From the NCBI GenBank assembly GCA_963677485.1, contig OY781964.1, positions 3,936,001 to 4,000,000 on the forward strand: a stretch of 64,000 nucleotides of DNA, read 5' to 3'. Positions 10,131 to 19,849 of the stretch are shown here, piece after piece; position 1 is the stretch's first letter; the number at the start of each line of letters is the position of its first letter. Below the pieces are notes generated by a model, which was given only the letters and a program-made list of their open reading frames with translations, ran no database searches and had not been told where the DNA came from. The position numbers and the translations under genes are program-made. This DNA comes from Armatimonadota bacterium (GTDB taxonomy: Bacteria > Armatimonadota > HRBIN16).

Positions 10131-10726
10131 GGTTGGAACTCCTTAAGAAAGTCGGATCCAGCATTGGTCACGAGCCAGTCTTTCATTGCTTTACGTGCTC
10201 TGTGCAGCCGTGACCTGACGGTCCCCTGGCTACATCCGAGAAGCTCTGCGATCTCTTCATAGCTCATCCCTTGCATGTCCGCAAGGATCACTGTTTCACG
10301 AAAGTCAGGTGATAGTGTGTTCAATGCTTTTTGAAGGTTATGATCTATCTCAAATGCCATCATCACCGATTGTGGTTCATTTGTTACGTCTGGCAGTTCG
10401 AAGTGACGCTGATCATCACCACTGGCATTGAGTGGCTGGTCAAGCGAGATCGGCAGTTTTGATGGCCGCCTTCGAATCATATCAACAAAGGCATTTCGTG
10501 TAATGCGGTACATCCAATTCTCAAATGGCATCGCATTGTTGTACCGATGGAAGAACCGGTAAGCGCGTACAAAAGCTTCCTGAGTCAGGTCCTCTGCATC
10601 AGCGCGATGCCCACTTAGGCGATAGGCTATCGCATAGACGGTTCTATAATGTTTACGCATCAAATCATCAAATGACATGGGTTGTGCGTTACAGATGGTT
10701 TGTGCGCTTTGTGTGGTTGCATCCAT
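10127..10726 (-). CDS. ECF sigma-70 factor (SigE/RpoE-like)
   Basis: DAEDLTQEAFVRAY, WMYRITRN, SYEEIAELLGCSQGTVRSRLHRAR; AGGAGG RBS favours ATG 10726. Confidence 0.93.
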   Translation of the reverse strand: MDATTQSAQTICNAQPMSFDDLMRKHYRTVYAIAYRLSGHRADAEDLTQEAFVRAYRFFHRYNNAMPFENWMYRITRNAFVDMIRRRPSKLPISLDQPLNASGDDQRHFELPDVTNEPQSVMMAFEIDHNLQKALNTLSPDFRETVILADMQGMSYEEIAELLGCSQGTVRSRLHRARKAMKDWLVTNAGSDFLKEFQP

Positions 10727-10749
10727 TTGAGCGTCCTCCTGTTTTACAT

Positions 10750-10776
10750 TACGCATGGAGTTCCTTCCTCAGTTCC
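10750..10776 (-). promoter_or_regulatory. Putative autoregulatory ECF promoter GGAACT-N17-CGTA
   Basis: Lies between the nuoI terminator and the sigma RBS; AAC/CGT cores typical of ECF promoters, spacer slightly long. Confidence 0.55.
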
Positions 10777-10784
10777 CATATGGC

Positions 10785-10818
10785 AAAAGAGGCGCGGAGT
10801 GCAATACATCCGCGCCTC
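10785..10818 (-). terminator. Intrinsic terminator after nuoI
   Basis: Minus strand GAGGCGCGGA-loop-TCCGCGCCTC-TTTT. Confidence 0.8.
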
Positions 10819-10843
10819 AGTCGCTGTTTTTCTTGATGCTGTT

Positions 10844-11314
10844 TTATTTTTCATCTTTGGGGACAGGTTCAAGCAGCAGTTTCTTGGTATACAGGAAATC
10901 AGCGCGATGGTAGTCAGAAAGCTCGAAGTCTTCCCGTAACACAATCGCCTCTGTAGGACAGGCTTCCTGGCAATAACCACAGAAGATGCAGCGCAGCATA
11001 TTGATTTCGTAACGAACCGCATACCGCTCACCAGGACTAATTCTGTGCTCATCGGTGTTCTCGGCAGCTTCCACATAGATGCAGCGTGACGGGCATGCTC
11101 CAGCACACAGGCTGCAACCAATGCACCGCTCCAACCCGTTTTCGTGGCGAGTCAGTACATGACGCCAGCGGGTGCGTTCAAAGACAGGTCTTCGCTCTTC
11201 GGGGTATTCCACAGTGACGGGTTTTGTAAACGGGGGCTGATGCCGGTAGGTAATCCCCAAGCCTTTGGTGATGGCGATCAGCCCGTCTTTAAATCCTATG
11301 AAGGGGTTACCCAT
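10844..11314 (-). CDS. nuoI: NADH-quinone oxidoreductase subunit I
   Basis: [34 protein letters not shown]; start overlaps the nuoB stop (TAATG) with GGAGG RBS. Confidence 0.93.
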   Translation of the reverse strand: MGNPFIGFKDGLIAITKGLGITYRHQPPFTKPVTVEYPEERRPVFERTRWRHVLTRHENGLERCIGCSLCAGACPSRCIYVEAAENTDEHRISPGERYAVRYEINMLRCIFCGYCQEACPTEAIVLREDFELSDYHRADFLYTKKLLLEPVPKDEK

Positions 11315-11877
11315 TATATGTCCTCCGCTTTCGGTGCCCAGGAGCCTAATTCGACCAGGCTGTCTGTAGTACCCTGCCGGACTTTGCGCTGTAACTGCAA
11401 AAGACCGTACAGCAGGGCATCCGGGGTGGGGGGGCATCCGGGGACATAGATATCAACGGGAACGATCTGGTCTACACCTTGGAGAATGGCGTAGTTGTTG
11501 AATACACCACCGGATGATGCACATGCGCCCATACTCACCACCCATTTAGGGTTAGGCATCTGGTCGTAGATGGTGCGAAGCACTGGCCCCATTTTCTTGC
11601 TGACACGCCCTGCGACAATCATCACGTCCGCTTGCCTGGGGCTTGGCCGGAAAACTTCCATGCCAAATCGCGAGCCATCAAAAGTGGCCGCCATGGAAGC
11701 CATCATCTCAATAGCGCAACAGGCCAGACCGAATGTGACGGGCCATAACGAGTTTGCTCGGCCCCACTTCACTATTTCGTCAAGTGAGCCAATGAGGATG
11801 TTGCCTTTTTGTATTGTGCCCGGTATTTGCGGCATGGATGTGTCGTGGGCGCTAATCTCAACGATGCGTTGTGCCAT
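11314..11877 (-). CDS. nuoB: NADH-quinone oxidoreductase subunit B
   Basis: [47 protein letters not shown]; start uncertain (11877 or 11907). Confidence 0.93.
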   Translation of the reverse strand: MAQRIVEISAHDTSMPQIPGTIQKGNILIGSLDEIVKWGRANSLWPVTFGLACCAIEMMASMAATFDGSRFGMEVFRPSPRQADVMIVAGRVSKKMGPVLRTIYDQMPNPKWVVSMGACASSGGVFNNYAILQGVDQIVPVDIYVPGCPPTPDALLYGLLQLQRKVRQGTTDSLVELGSWAPKAEDI

Positions 11878-12101
11878 ATATCTGAACCTTTCGGTAATTG
11901 ACGTCAAAACGGAATATCACAGTTACAGTTTACCTCAATGGCTTGACGCAATCACTTGATGATGCTGTATGCTTTGGTCCGCCACCTGCCATTGCTCAGC
12001 CAAATCCCCATATATACGTCGTAAACTTTAGATACCTTCCGGGCGCCCCAGAGGGGTATGATTCCTTATAGCCAGGGGTGAGCGTTTCGCTATTACATTT
12101 C

Positions 12102-12273
12102 TTGGTTGGCTATGTCCGGGGCGGTCTGTCAGTACACCTGCGGAGGCCACTGACTATAGACCGCGCCGGTCTCGTTCCTGACACATATCTTTGATGGCTA
12201 TCCGCCAGACCGGCGCGGTCTTGAGCCTTCTGCAGCCGCTAGCCTCCGGCCAGACCGCCCCGGACATAGGCAA
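12102..12273. repeat. Dispersed four-palindrome element, copy 1
   Basis: Outer IR 12105-12128/12251-12274 (1 mismatch); inner IR AGACCGCGCCGGTCT 12158-12172 / AGACCGGCGCGGTCT 12207-12221; homologous to 43841 and 47788. Confidence 0.95.
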
Positions 12274-12306
12274 CGAATGGCTGCAATACAGGCGAACAGC
12301 CATTCG
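12274..12306. other. Stem-loop adjoining element copy 1
   Basis: CGAATGGCTG / CAGCCATTCG perfect 10-bp inverted repeat. Confidence 0.55.
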
Positions 12307-12387
12307 CATATGACTCTGTCGCCTCAGCGTGACGCGTTAGTTACAGCCTGGGCTGCCACCTGCCAGTGCTGGTGGCTGCCGACCGTG

Positions 12388-13509
12388 TTACAGACGCTGG
12401 TTGATGCCTGTGTATTTCAGGTTGGATGGCCCAGTGTATTCTGCGCGGGGACGGAGCAGGCGGTTATTGCCGAACTGCTCCATGATATGCGCTGTCCAGC
12501 CAGAGATGCGGCTGGCGGCAAATACCGGTGTGAACATATCTATCGGGATGCCCATCATGTATTGCACGCTGGCACTGTAGAAGTCCACATTGGTGTAAAG
12601 GCCTTTTTCCTTGAGGACCAGCTCCGCGATAAGCTGCGACATGTTATACCAGGTCATATCATCCTGCTCCTCGCACAACAGCTTGGTGAGGTTTCGCAGG
12701 TGCTTGCTGCGCGGATCTTCGCATTTGTATACCCTGTGGCCAAAGCCCATCACACGCTTTTTAGCAATGAGGAGGCCGTGGATATACTCTTCGGCTTTGG
12801 TATCCTCGCCGATGTCAAGCAGCATTTTCATGACTTCCTCATTAGCTCCGCCATGTAAAGCACCACCTAATGCCCCGATAGCTCCTACCACGCCTGCATA
12901 CATATCTGCGAGGGTAGATACGATGACCCTGCCAGTGAAGGTGCTGGCATTCAGCTCGTGGTCGGCATGAAGTATCAACATTGTGTTCATGGCGTCGGTA
13001 TGCAGTTTGTTAGGCATTGTGCCGGTCAGCATATACAGGAAGTTTGCGGCATGTCCCAGTGACGGTTCGCTTTTGATGGGCAGTTCACCGCGGCGTATGC
13101 GCTCTATAGCGGTGATGATGCTGGGCAGTCTGGCAGTGAGCCGTGTGGCTTTACGTATGTTGGCATCGGCTGTGTTGTTGTTTGAATCCTGATCGTAGTT
13201 ACTCAGGACAGAGACCACTGTACGCAGAACATCCAAAGGGCGTGAAGTTTGTGGTATCTCAAACAATAGCTTCATGACTTGAGCTGGAAGGTCGCGGTTT
13301 TCTACCATGTGCTGGTAGTGCCTGTCATATTCCGCCTGGTTAGGCAGACGGCCGTGCCACAAGAGGAAGGTCACCTCCTCAAAGGTGGCGTTGACTGCCA
13401 GATCATCGATGTCGTAGCCGCTATATATTAACTGGCCCGTTTTGCCATTGATGTCCGATATGGCTGAGGGGCCAATCACAACATCCTCTAGTCCTGTTGC
13501 GTGTATCAA
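12388..13509 (-). CDS. gltA: Citrate synthase (short, CitZ/PrpC-type)
   Basis: GLEDV, LILHADHELNASTF, LHGGANE, MGFGHRVYK..DPR, NVDFYS; TTG start after GGGAG. Confidence 0.92.
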   Translation of the reverse strand: MIHATGLEDVVIGPSAISDINGKTGQLIYSGYDIDDLAVNATFEEVTFLLWHGRLPNQAEYDRHYQHMVENRDLPAQVMKLLFEIPQTSRPLDVLRTVVSVLSNYDQDSNNNTADANIRKATRLTARLPSIITAIERIRRGELPIKSEPSLGHAANFLYMLTGTMPNKLHTDAMNTMLILHADHELNASTFTGRVIVSTLADMYAGVVGAIGALGGALHGGANEEVMKMLLDIGEDTKAEEYIHGLLIAKKRVMGFGHRVYKCEDPRSKHLRNLTKLLCEEQDDMTWYNMSQLIAELVLKEKGLYTNVDFYSASVQYMMGIPIDMFTPVFAASRISGWTAHIMEQFGNNRLLRPRAEYTGPSNLKYTGINQRL

Positions 13510-13621
13510 ATTCAGAAACTCCCTTCAAATCGCAATGTGAGTAAGCCTTTGGGTAGGTGGCTGGATAACGCCTCTCTATCTCAAATATACTCATTCTACG
13601 AGTGGTAAGTCGATCGTTTGG

Positions 13622-13924
13622 CTAGATTTCGAAATCAAACGCGAGTATATCCGAGCTGTTCGGGCGGACGAACTGAGTCACTACTCGCTGATGCGCATCG
13701 GACGGACCATAGGCAAGTAACGCCTGTTTGTCCACAAACCGCGTGCATAATGCGGTGTGATACCCCTTGCTGCGGGTGCTGAAATCATCACCTACATAGG
13801 TATCTAGAATCCCGCCAACTGCATTCTTGAGGTTCAAGAGCTCTTGTTTGATTAGCTCGATCGTCTCTTGGTTCACATCATCGTTCCATCGAAATAACAC
13901 GATGTGTATCACTTCACGGCTCAT
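13622..13924 (-). CDS. Dabb family (stress-responsive alpha/beta barrel) protein
   Basis: IHIVLFRW, GYHTAL...F...L.AY..S.AH, LAFDFE; AAGGAG RBS. Confidence 0.88.
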   Translation of the reverse strand: MSREVIHIVLFRWNDDVNQETIELIKQELLNLKNAVGGILDTYVGDDFSTRSKGYHTALCTRFVDKQALLAYGPSDAHQRVVTQFVRPNSSDILAFDFEI

Positions 13925-13934
13925 AATATACTCC

Positions 13935-16900
13935 TTAATCTGTTAAGTGCAGAAGCTGGATAAGCTTCTTGGTGGCGGCTTCTGCTTGTGATGCGGATGC
14001 GATGACAAACAACTCTTGCTCCACGTCTGAAATTGTTTGTCGTCCAGGTGACAGGTTTATTGTTTGGAGGTTCACCCACTTGCCTCCATCCACACGGCCA
14101 CGCAGCATGACATACCCTGCGTGAGAGACATCCATGGTGATCGTGCTGGTGCCCATCCCCATGGCTACCAGGCTGCCTGCGGCTGAGAGTGGCTTCGAAT
14201 CAAGGCTCATGACACCCAGTGCCCCTGCAGGGGTGAGCACACCAGCCGCAGTGGTGACAGCTCCATGGGTTAAGCAGGCCATCAACTGTTTACCCGGGTT
14301 CAACCGGGCGTAGAATGCCGCGTTCGCTTCGTCGCTGGCTTTGACCGCTCCTCCCTGGAAGGGCAGTGTTCGTGCCGGCTGGGAGTTGGAACGTGCTGTC
14401 CGCGTCACACCGAATAGACTGGTGTAGCCCAATTTTTCTGCCAGAGGCAGCACGTGGCTACCGGAGATGGCCGGGCCCCGTAAATTCACAGTGCTGAGCG
14501 CTTCGGCAGTCCATACCGGCTGGCGGGTATACAAACACTCTCCCTTGCCGGTTGGTGTACGATGGATACCTGTCAGCGGCCGTGCGGCTGTGGTGGTCAT
14601 TTTAACGGCTTCCCAACCGGGCTGCCATGGCTTAGCCGTCACACTTCCTGACGCCTTCACGCCACATAACTGCTGCATACGCTTGGACTGGGTGCGTTGG
14701 CGGTTGCTGTCATAAGCCATATCGGCGGATGTAAACAGCCGGCCACCTCTCTGCATGAAGCTTTGGAGGTAAGCCATGACAGGGTCAGAAATGACCATTG
14801 GGCAGGGGTAGATGATCACGTCAGGCTGCTCTTTGGCTTGGCTGAGGTGTTGGTCATCAACGGTGCAGAAGGGGATACCCGCTTCCATGAGCTGCCAGGC
14901 CTGCTGGTAGATAATCCGTGCGTAGGTTTCTTGCTCACCGCCACAGAGGTTATCTAGTGGTATCATCAGCCACACCTTTGGAAGCTTCGCAAGGGGCTTG
15001 ACACTGCGCACCAGCAAGGCCATATTGCGGTATATCCCTGCCATACTCTTCGGCACACCGATGTTCTGGCGTATCAGACCCCAGGGGAAGACCGCTTCCT
15101 CAATCTCTTTCCAGCTCCAGTTGCAGATAAAGGTTCCACCCGAGCCGAACAGATAGCATAGCCGTGTCAGATAATACTCGAGTTCCATCTTGTCGGAGAA
15201 CTGTCCATAGGTCCGGATGTTGTGGTCGGTGATGGAGCCAAATTCACCTACGGTGAGACCTTTTCCCGTAAACCGTCTGTCAAACATGCGGATATCGGCA
15301 CTGAATGTGTCGAGATCGGTGTAGCTGTGCATATTCGCGATATCGACCGGCTTAACGGCCTGCAGCTTGTTGCAGCCAATCAGCTCCTGGAGGAACCCAA
15401 TGAGTACCAGTCGGTTCGGATCGGCTTCTTTTATGCCTTTGGTGTTGATTTCACCCCAGGTGGTCATCATGAGGTTGCGATAGTTCTCCGCATCATGGCT
15501 GCGCATGTCTTCCCATCGCCCAGAACCCCGTCGATAGGGTATCTGCCCGATCGACGCTTCGGGCGGGGTGGTGATCCATACAGACTTTATAGCGGTGTCG
15601 GTCCGGTAGCGCATGCTCAGGTATTCATTCCAGCCTTTGGTGACATGCGGTTTAACGTCTGCTGATTTGTCGTCATGCAGGCTGATGGCGGGCTCATTCT
15701 GCACGTCGATCATGAATCCTGGCACGCTCTTATATCGCAGTGCGATCTTTTTCGCGAACTGATACTCAAGCTGAAGGTCCGACGGTGACAGGTCTTGATC
15801 TACCCAGTCATGGATGCTCAACAGCAGCACGATGCCATGTCTTTGGCAAAGCTGCAGTAAGGCATCCAGTTTGGACATCACCCAGTCCGGGTTGCCCTGT
15901 TCCAGCGTGTAGCGTTCGCCTTTTTCGTTCTGCTGTGGGAAGAAGTGCAGCACACGCATGATGCTCAGTCCATAATCGGCCATCTTTTGCAGGTCATGAT
16001 CCCAGGTCCATGGGTTCTCCTTGCCCGCATTGAACACCATGCCGGTTTGGTTGGTGCCAATTGCCAACACCGGACGGTTACCTTTATGAAGCAGGTTGTC
16101 CTTCCACTTTGCGGCGAAGGCGTTTGGGCTGACTGGCTGCTTGATGCACACACCGGTGGTCAGTTCCTGAACAAGCTGCTTGTTGACGATTAGCTCGCAG
16201 TAGATACGCACCAGGTCGGTATTGATGGGCAGTTTTACGCTCCACTTGAGCGTGGTTTGTGGCTGCCTGTCCTTAGGCAGCGTCATCACACTGTTCAGCA
16301 GCGTGACACCTTCTCTGGTCGTTACCGTGATCTTCAGCGATGCCTCGGTATCGGGCTTGCTGAACTGCCCGACGACGGCTGTGATTGCAGCGGTTGACCC
16401 GCCTGTGTAGATGGCTTTGTCTGTGGTGACGGATTGTATGCAGATGCGGTCACTAAAGCGCGCCACAATCTGCGGTATCAGGCTTTTAAAAGGTGATGCC
16501 TCGCCAAACAGATCGTGTGTCTGCAACCCTGTAAATGCCCAGACGCCGCCTTTGAAGGGACCGTCGAAATGCTGCACCACTCCAAGAGCATCTGCGCAGT
16601 AGCCTTGCACATTATTGGCTTTGACAAGGCTGACATACTGCGACTGTTGTTTGGAATAGACTGGGTTGTTGTCACCGAGCAGGCAACAAGAGGCAAATCC
16701 ACCGAATGCTGTGTCTGACCATTCTGTGCCGTCGATGTTCACCAGTTTGGAGGCTTTGAACCGCCATGTGGGGTCGAACAGACATACCTGATCAGGCGCT
16801 AATCCCATTGTGTCCGAGGGTACGCCTGAGCGGCCATTGAGTGGGGTAGGGTGACTGTTACTGGATGATATCTGAGCGGCGGTCACACCAGGCATTGATG

Positions 16901-17834
16901 GGATCAACATGCCTGCATCGTCGCGCGACGAGGGGGTGTCTAGAGTATATCCGCCCATGCACAGGAAGGCTCCCCCGCGCTTCAAGTAGCCTCGGATGGC
17001 CTCTTCCGCCCCAGCCGGGTAGATAGGGCCATATGGCATCACAAGCAAGGTGACTTCCGGTTGGGCCAATAAGCCGGGATCCGCCAACTGCTCTGCGCTG
17101 CACAATAGAGTGCCATACCCTTGCTCGGTCAATCGAGCGGCGATGAGGTGAGGGTCAGAATACCCCTTCTCAGCCGCGACATTGTCGGCGAAAATCACCG
17201 CCGACCCGTTTCGTCCGGCCGCACTGGCGGCCATCTGCGCCGGTTTGATCGAACTGCCTTCACGGTAATTCCACTTGCCTTGCGAGAATACCCAGGATTG
17301 GGAAGGGGCCTCGGTCTGGCGGACTTCAGACTTGCATAGCCAGCCTACATCGGCCACTTCGATCTGGCACGAAGACCCATTCAGTCCAATCATGATTCGG
17401 TTCACCGAGAGCATATTCGGCTTACCGTCGCCCCGTGGTTCGAAACTGAACGAGGTGAGCGGTACCATCACCCGCTGCCATTCACCGATTGGCTGACTAC
17501 TGAGGTTACCCCGGTCAAACTTCACCGTTGCCAGATGACCATCTCCATCGGCCTCCATCATCCACATGAACTGCATCACACCTGGTGTGACAGCCAGCGG
17601 CTTGACGGCCAGAGTGATGGCGATGGCGGCTGGAGGGATGTTAGCCATGCAGACGCAGTTGCTCCATGGCTTCTGAGCATCGTACATAATGTTGAGTGAT
17701 GGCCCCCATGGGGATTCCTCGCCTTGTTTGAGTACCGCAAATCCGGCATCCTCATTGATGCGCCATTGGCTTACGTCCATTCTAACTGCCGTAAACGGCA
17801 TGGATGGTCTGTCTGTAGATGCTTTTTGCTGCAC
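13935..17834 (-). CDS. Large multidomain glycoside hydrolase (CBM-like + GATase-like + Ig + clan-A GH42/GH5-like barrel)
   Basis: GEWQRVMVPLTSF CBM-like motif; DLQKMADYGLSIMRV, DVQNEP, HSY, LTVGEFG catalytic pattern; GTG 17834 has GGAGG RBS (ORF open to 17876). Confidence 0.7.
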   Translation of the reverse strand: MQQKASTDRPSMPFTAVRMDVSQWRINEDAGFAVLKQGEESPWGPSLNIMYDAQKPWSNCVCMANIPPAAIAITLAVKPLAVTPGVMQFMWMMEADGDGHLATVKFDRGNLSSQPIGEWQRVMVPLTSFSFEPRGDGKPNMLSVNRIMIGLNGSSCQIEVADVGWLCKSEVRQTEAPSQSWVFSQGKWNYREGSSIKPAQMAASAAGRNGSAVIFADNVAAEKGYSDPHLIAARLTEQGYGTLLCSAEQLADPGLLAQPEVTLLVMPYGPIYPAGAEEAIRGYLKRGGAFLCMGGYTLDTPSSRDDAGMLIPSMPGVTAAQISSSNSHPTPLNGRSGVPSDTMGLAPDQVCLFDPTWRFKASKLVNIDGTEWSDTAFGGFASCCLLGDNNPVYSKQQSQYVSLVKANNVQGYCADALGVVQHFDGPFKGGVWAFTGLQTHDLFGEASPFKSLIPQIVARFSDRICIQSVTTDKAIYTGGSTAAITAVVGQFSKPDTEASLKITVTTREGVTLLNSVMTLPKDRQPQTTLKWSVKLPINTDLVRIYCELIVNKQLVQELTTGVCIKQPVSPNAFAAKWKDNLLHKGNRPVLAIGTNQTGMVFNAGKENPWTWDHDLQKMADYGLSIMRVLHFFPQQNEKGERYTLEQGNPDWVMSKLDALLQLCQRHGIVLLLSIHDWVDQDLSPSDLQLEYQFAKKIALRYKSVPGFMIDVQNEPAISLHDDKSADVKPHVTKGWNEYLSMRYRTDTAIKSVWITTPPEASIGQIPYRRGSGRWEDMRSHDAENYRNLMMTTWGEINTKGIKEADPNRLVLIGFLQELIGCNKLQAVKPVDIANMHSYTDLDTFSADIRMFDRRFTGKGLTVGEFGSITDHNIRTYGQFSDKMELEYYLTRLCYLFGSGGTFICNWSWKEIEEAVFPWGLIRQNIGVPKSMAGIYRNMALLVRSVKPLAKLPKVWLMIPLDNLCGGEQETYARIIYQQAWQLMEAGIPFCTVDDQHLSQAKEQPDVIIYPCPMVISDPVMAYLQSFMQRGGRLFTSADMAYDSNRQRTQSKRMQQLCGVKASGSVTAKPWQPGWEAVKMTTTAARPLTGIHRTPTGKGECLYTRQPVWTAEALSTVNLRGPAISGSHVLPLAEKLGYTSLFGVTRTARSNSQPARTLPFQGGAVKASDEANAAFYARLNPGKQLMACLTHGAVTTAAGVLTPAGALGVMSLDSKPLSAAGSLVAMGMGTSTITMDVSHAGYVMLRGRVDGGKWVNLQTINLSPGRQTISDVEQELFVIASASQAEAATKKLIQLLHLTD

Positions 17835-17998
17835 GGGTGGCCTCCAAATGATGGTGTTCGTTACAGAATAGTTCACCAGTAAGCCACATGATCCCTACCT
17901 ACGGTAGCAACCATGTCTTATACATCAAAATACGAAACCCCTCGCAGGATATCTCCATTGAGGGGCGTAAAGGGCGGTCAATATCGCAACTGGTTGCG

Positions 17999-19117
17999 TT
18001 ACTTCTTTTTCTTACCCAGGAACTTGTCGATGAAACTGGGTTCCATATCGGCGATGGTATCTGTGTCCTCACCTAGCGAAGCGGCCAGTTGACGCAGGAT
18101 GATTCGTTGCTGCTCATTCAGCTTTTTAGGAACATCCACATTCATCACCACCATCAGGTTGCCGGCTCCACCGTTTTGGCGGGGTAACCCTTTGCCTGCG
18201 ATACGGAAGACCGTACCGGGCTGGGTTCCTGCGGGGATTTCTATGTTGTGCTCATCAAGAAGGGTCTTGATGACTGTTGTGCCGCCCAAAGACGCTTTAG
18301 CATAGCTAATGTTGGCGTTGGTGCTGAGGTCAAATCCTTCTCGGTGGAACCGCTCGTGCGGCTTGATATGAAAGACGATATACAGGTCGCCCGGTTGGCC
18401 ACCTCGTATGGCATGATCGCCTTCACCGGGAACCTCCATGTAGTTGCCTTCATCAACACCAAATGGCACCGTGATCGCCTTGTTAGAGACCTGTCGGATA
18501 GTGCCTTCGCTTCGGCACTTCTTGCACGGGTGCTCCACGATGCGGCCTTCGCCTCTACATCGTGAACAAGTGGTGGCGACACTAATGGTGCCCAGGATGG
18601 TCTGCTGACCTTTGCGCACACGCCCGCTGCCGCGGCACTCCGGGCAGATAGACGGTTCAGCACCGCCCTCAGAACCTGTACCGGCGCAGGCTTCGCAAGG
18701 CATTCGACGGGCAAACTCCACCGAACGCGGCGCATTGGTAGCGATCTCTTCAAGTGTAACTTCCACATCAACGCGGATGTCGCTGCCGCGGTTGTTGCGG
18801 TTAGATCGTCCGCCACCGCCGCCGCCACCGAAGAACATATCGAAGATATCAAATGGGTTACTGAAGTCAAACCCGAAATCAGATGCCGATCCGCTTGTGG
18901 TGCCGTATCGGTCATACTGAGAGCGCTTATCGGGTGTGCTCAGCACCTCATAGGCCTCATTGATCTGCTTGAACATATCCTCAGCTTGAGGGTTATCTGG
19001 GTTGCGATCAGGGTGATACTGCATCGCCAGCCGACGATAGGCCTTTTTGATGTCATCTACAGAGGCGTCTCTATTGACCCCTAATAGCTCGTAATAATCT
19101 ACTTGTTGTGCAGGCAT
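17999..19117 (-). CDS. dnaJ: Chaperone DnaJ
   Basis: [13 protein letters not shown] region, four CxxCxGxG-type repeats. Confidence 0.97.
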   Translation of the reverse strand: MPAQQVDYYELLGVNRDASVDDIKKAYRRLAMQYHPDRNPDNPQAEDMFKQINEAYEVLSTPDKRSQYDRYGTTSGSASDFGFDFSNPFDIFDMFFGGGGGGGRSNRNNRGSDIRVDVEVTLEEIATNAPRSVEFARRMPCEACAGTGSEGGAEPSICPECRGSGRVRKGQQTILGTISVATTCSRCRGEGRIVEHPCKKCRSEGTIRQVSNKAITVPFGVDEGNYMEVPGEGDHAIRGGQPGDLYIVFHIKPHERFHREGFDLSTNANISYAKASLGGTTVIKTLLDEHNIEIPAGTQPGTVFRIAGKGLPRQNGGAGNLMVVMNVDVPKKLNEQQRIILRQLAASLGEDTDTIADMEPSFIDKFLGKKKK

Positions 19118-19132
19118 GTCGGTATTGTTGGC

Positions 19133-19696
19133 CTAACTCTGTTCCTCATCGATGACATCCGGTATCTCCGTGTCGCCATCAATCTCGTCTGCATCTTCGA
19201 TGCTTTCGTCGTCAGCCTCATCAAGTGAGATAGGCTGGTTCAGCTCTTCACGGATTTTCGCTAACGCTTTGTCCAGCATGCCCGCATTGAACTCAGAAGG
19301 CGGCAGCATGGCATCGGGGTTCTCCATGTCCGCAGCAGCGGCGGCGGCGGCAGCCTCTTCAGTCGATAACAGCTCCATCGTATTGATGATGTCTGCTGCT
19401 TCCTGACTGTGGATTTCTGCGGCCAGTGCGGCTTCGCTTTCGCGGAGTGCTTGCTGCTGAACGTGGTAGTCCGGATAGGCCTCGGGCGGAAGTACTTGCA
19501 CCTCTTTGAGTGTGGGCACGATTCGGCCTGCGGCAATCTCTTCTAGTGCCACGGTCAGACTGTTGTTGGAATCAGTCTTTATTAGAGCTTTTCGTTCGAT
19601 GCCTTGCTCATGTAGCTGGCGCGCGCGCTTTGCAGCGGCGATGACCAACGCATAGGCGTTGAACTTAGCCAGATCATCGGCTTTGGGTAGTATCAT
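19133..19696 (-). CDS. rpoZ: RNA polymerase omega subunit with long acidic C-terminal extension
   Basis: NAYALVIAAAKRARQL and LTVALEEIAAGRI; GGGAG RBS before ATG 19696. Confidence 0.85.
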   Translation of the reverse strand: MILPKADDLAKFNAYALVIAAAKRARQLHEQGIERKALIKTDSNNSLTVALEEIAAGRIVPTLKEVQVLPPEAYPDYHVQQQALRESEAALAAEIHSQEAADIINTMELLSTEEAAAAAAAADMENPDAMLPPSEFNAGMLDKALAKIREELNQPISLDEADDESIEDADEIDGDTEIPDVIDEEQS

Positions 19697-19753
19697 TTTG
19701 GGGCGCTCTCCCTTCGGAATCACATCATATCGGCAATAGTATGCCGAATTATC

Positions 19754-19762
19754 ATTATACCA
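19754..19762 (-). promoter_or_regulatory. Extended -10 promoter (TGGTATAAT) for rpoZ-dnaJ
   Basis: Perfect TGnTATAAT about 60 nt upstream of rpoZ. Confidence 0.65.
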
Positions 19763-19802
19763 AAAATCGCTTAATGAGGCCTTTTTTGTGCTTGAGTGAG
19801 GG

Positions 19803-19827
19803 TCGGAGTGCCGGCTGGGCACTCCGA
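19803..19827 (-). terminator. Stem-loop after ABC permease
   Basis: TCGGAGTGCC / GGCACTCCGA 10-bp inverted repeat; no clear U-tract. Confidence 0.5.
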
Positions 19828-19849
19828 ATTTGTGTGGGTATAGATCAGC

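Noticed and set aside
12041-12085. CCCCAGAGGGG...ATAGCCAGGGGTG, reminiscent of another REP-like family
   Set aside because: Single partial occurrence with no partner arm in the window
12102-12273. Mini CRISPR array (repeats with 30-34 nt spacers)
   Set aside because: Units alternate in orientation, are only about 15 bp, spacers are homologous between loci, and no cas genes are present
18241-18915. Long shadow ORFs (also 19893..20531, 33298..33951, 60357..61040)
   Set aside because: Alternate-frame or antisense ORFs within well-supported genes, expected at this GC content
19803-19827. CIRCE element upstream of rpoZ-dnaJ
   Set aside because: Arms are in the reverse order (GAGTGC before GCACTC) and the spacer is wrong; better read as a 3' hairpin
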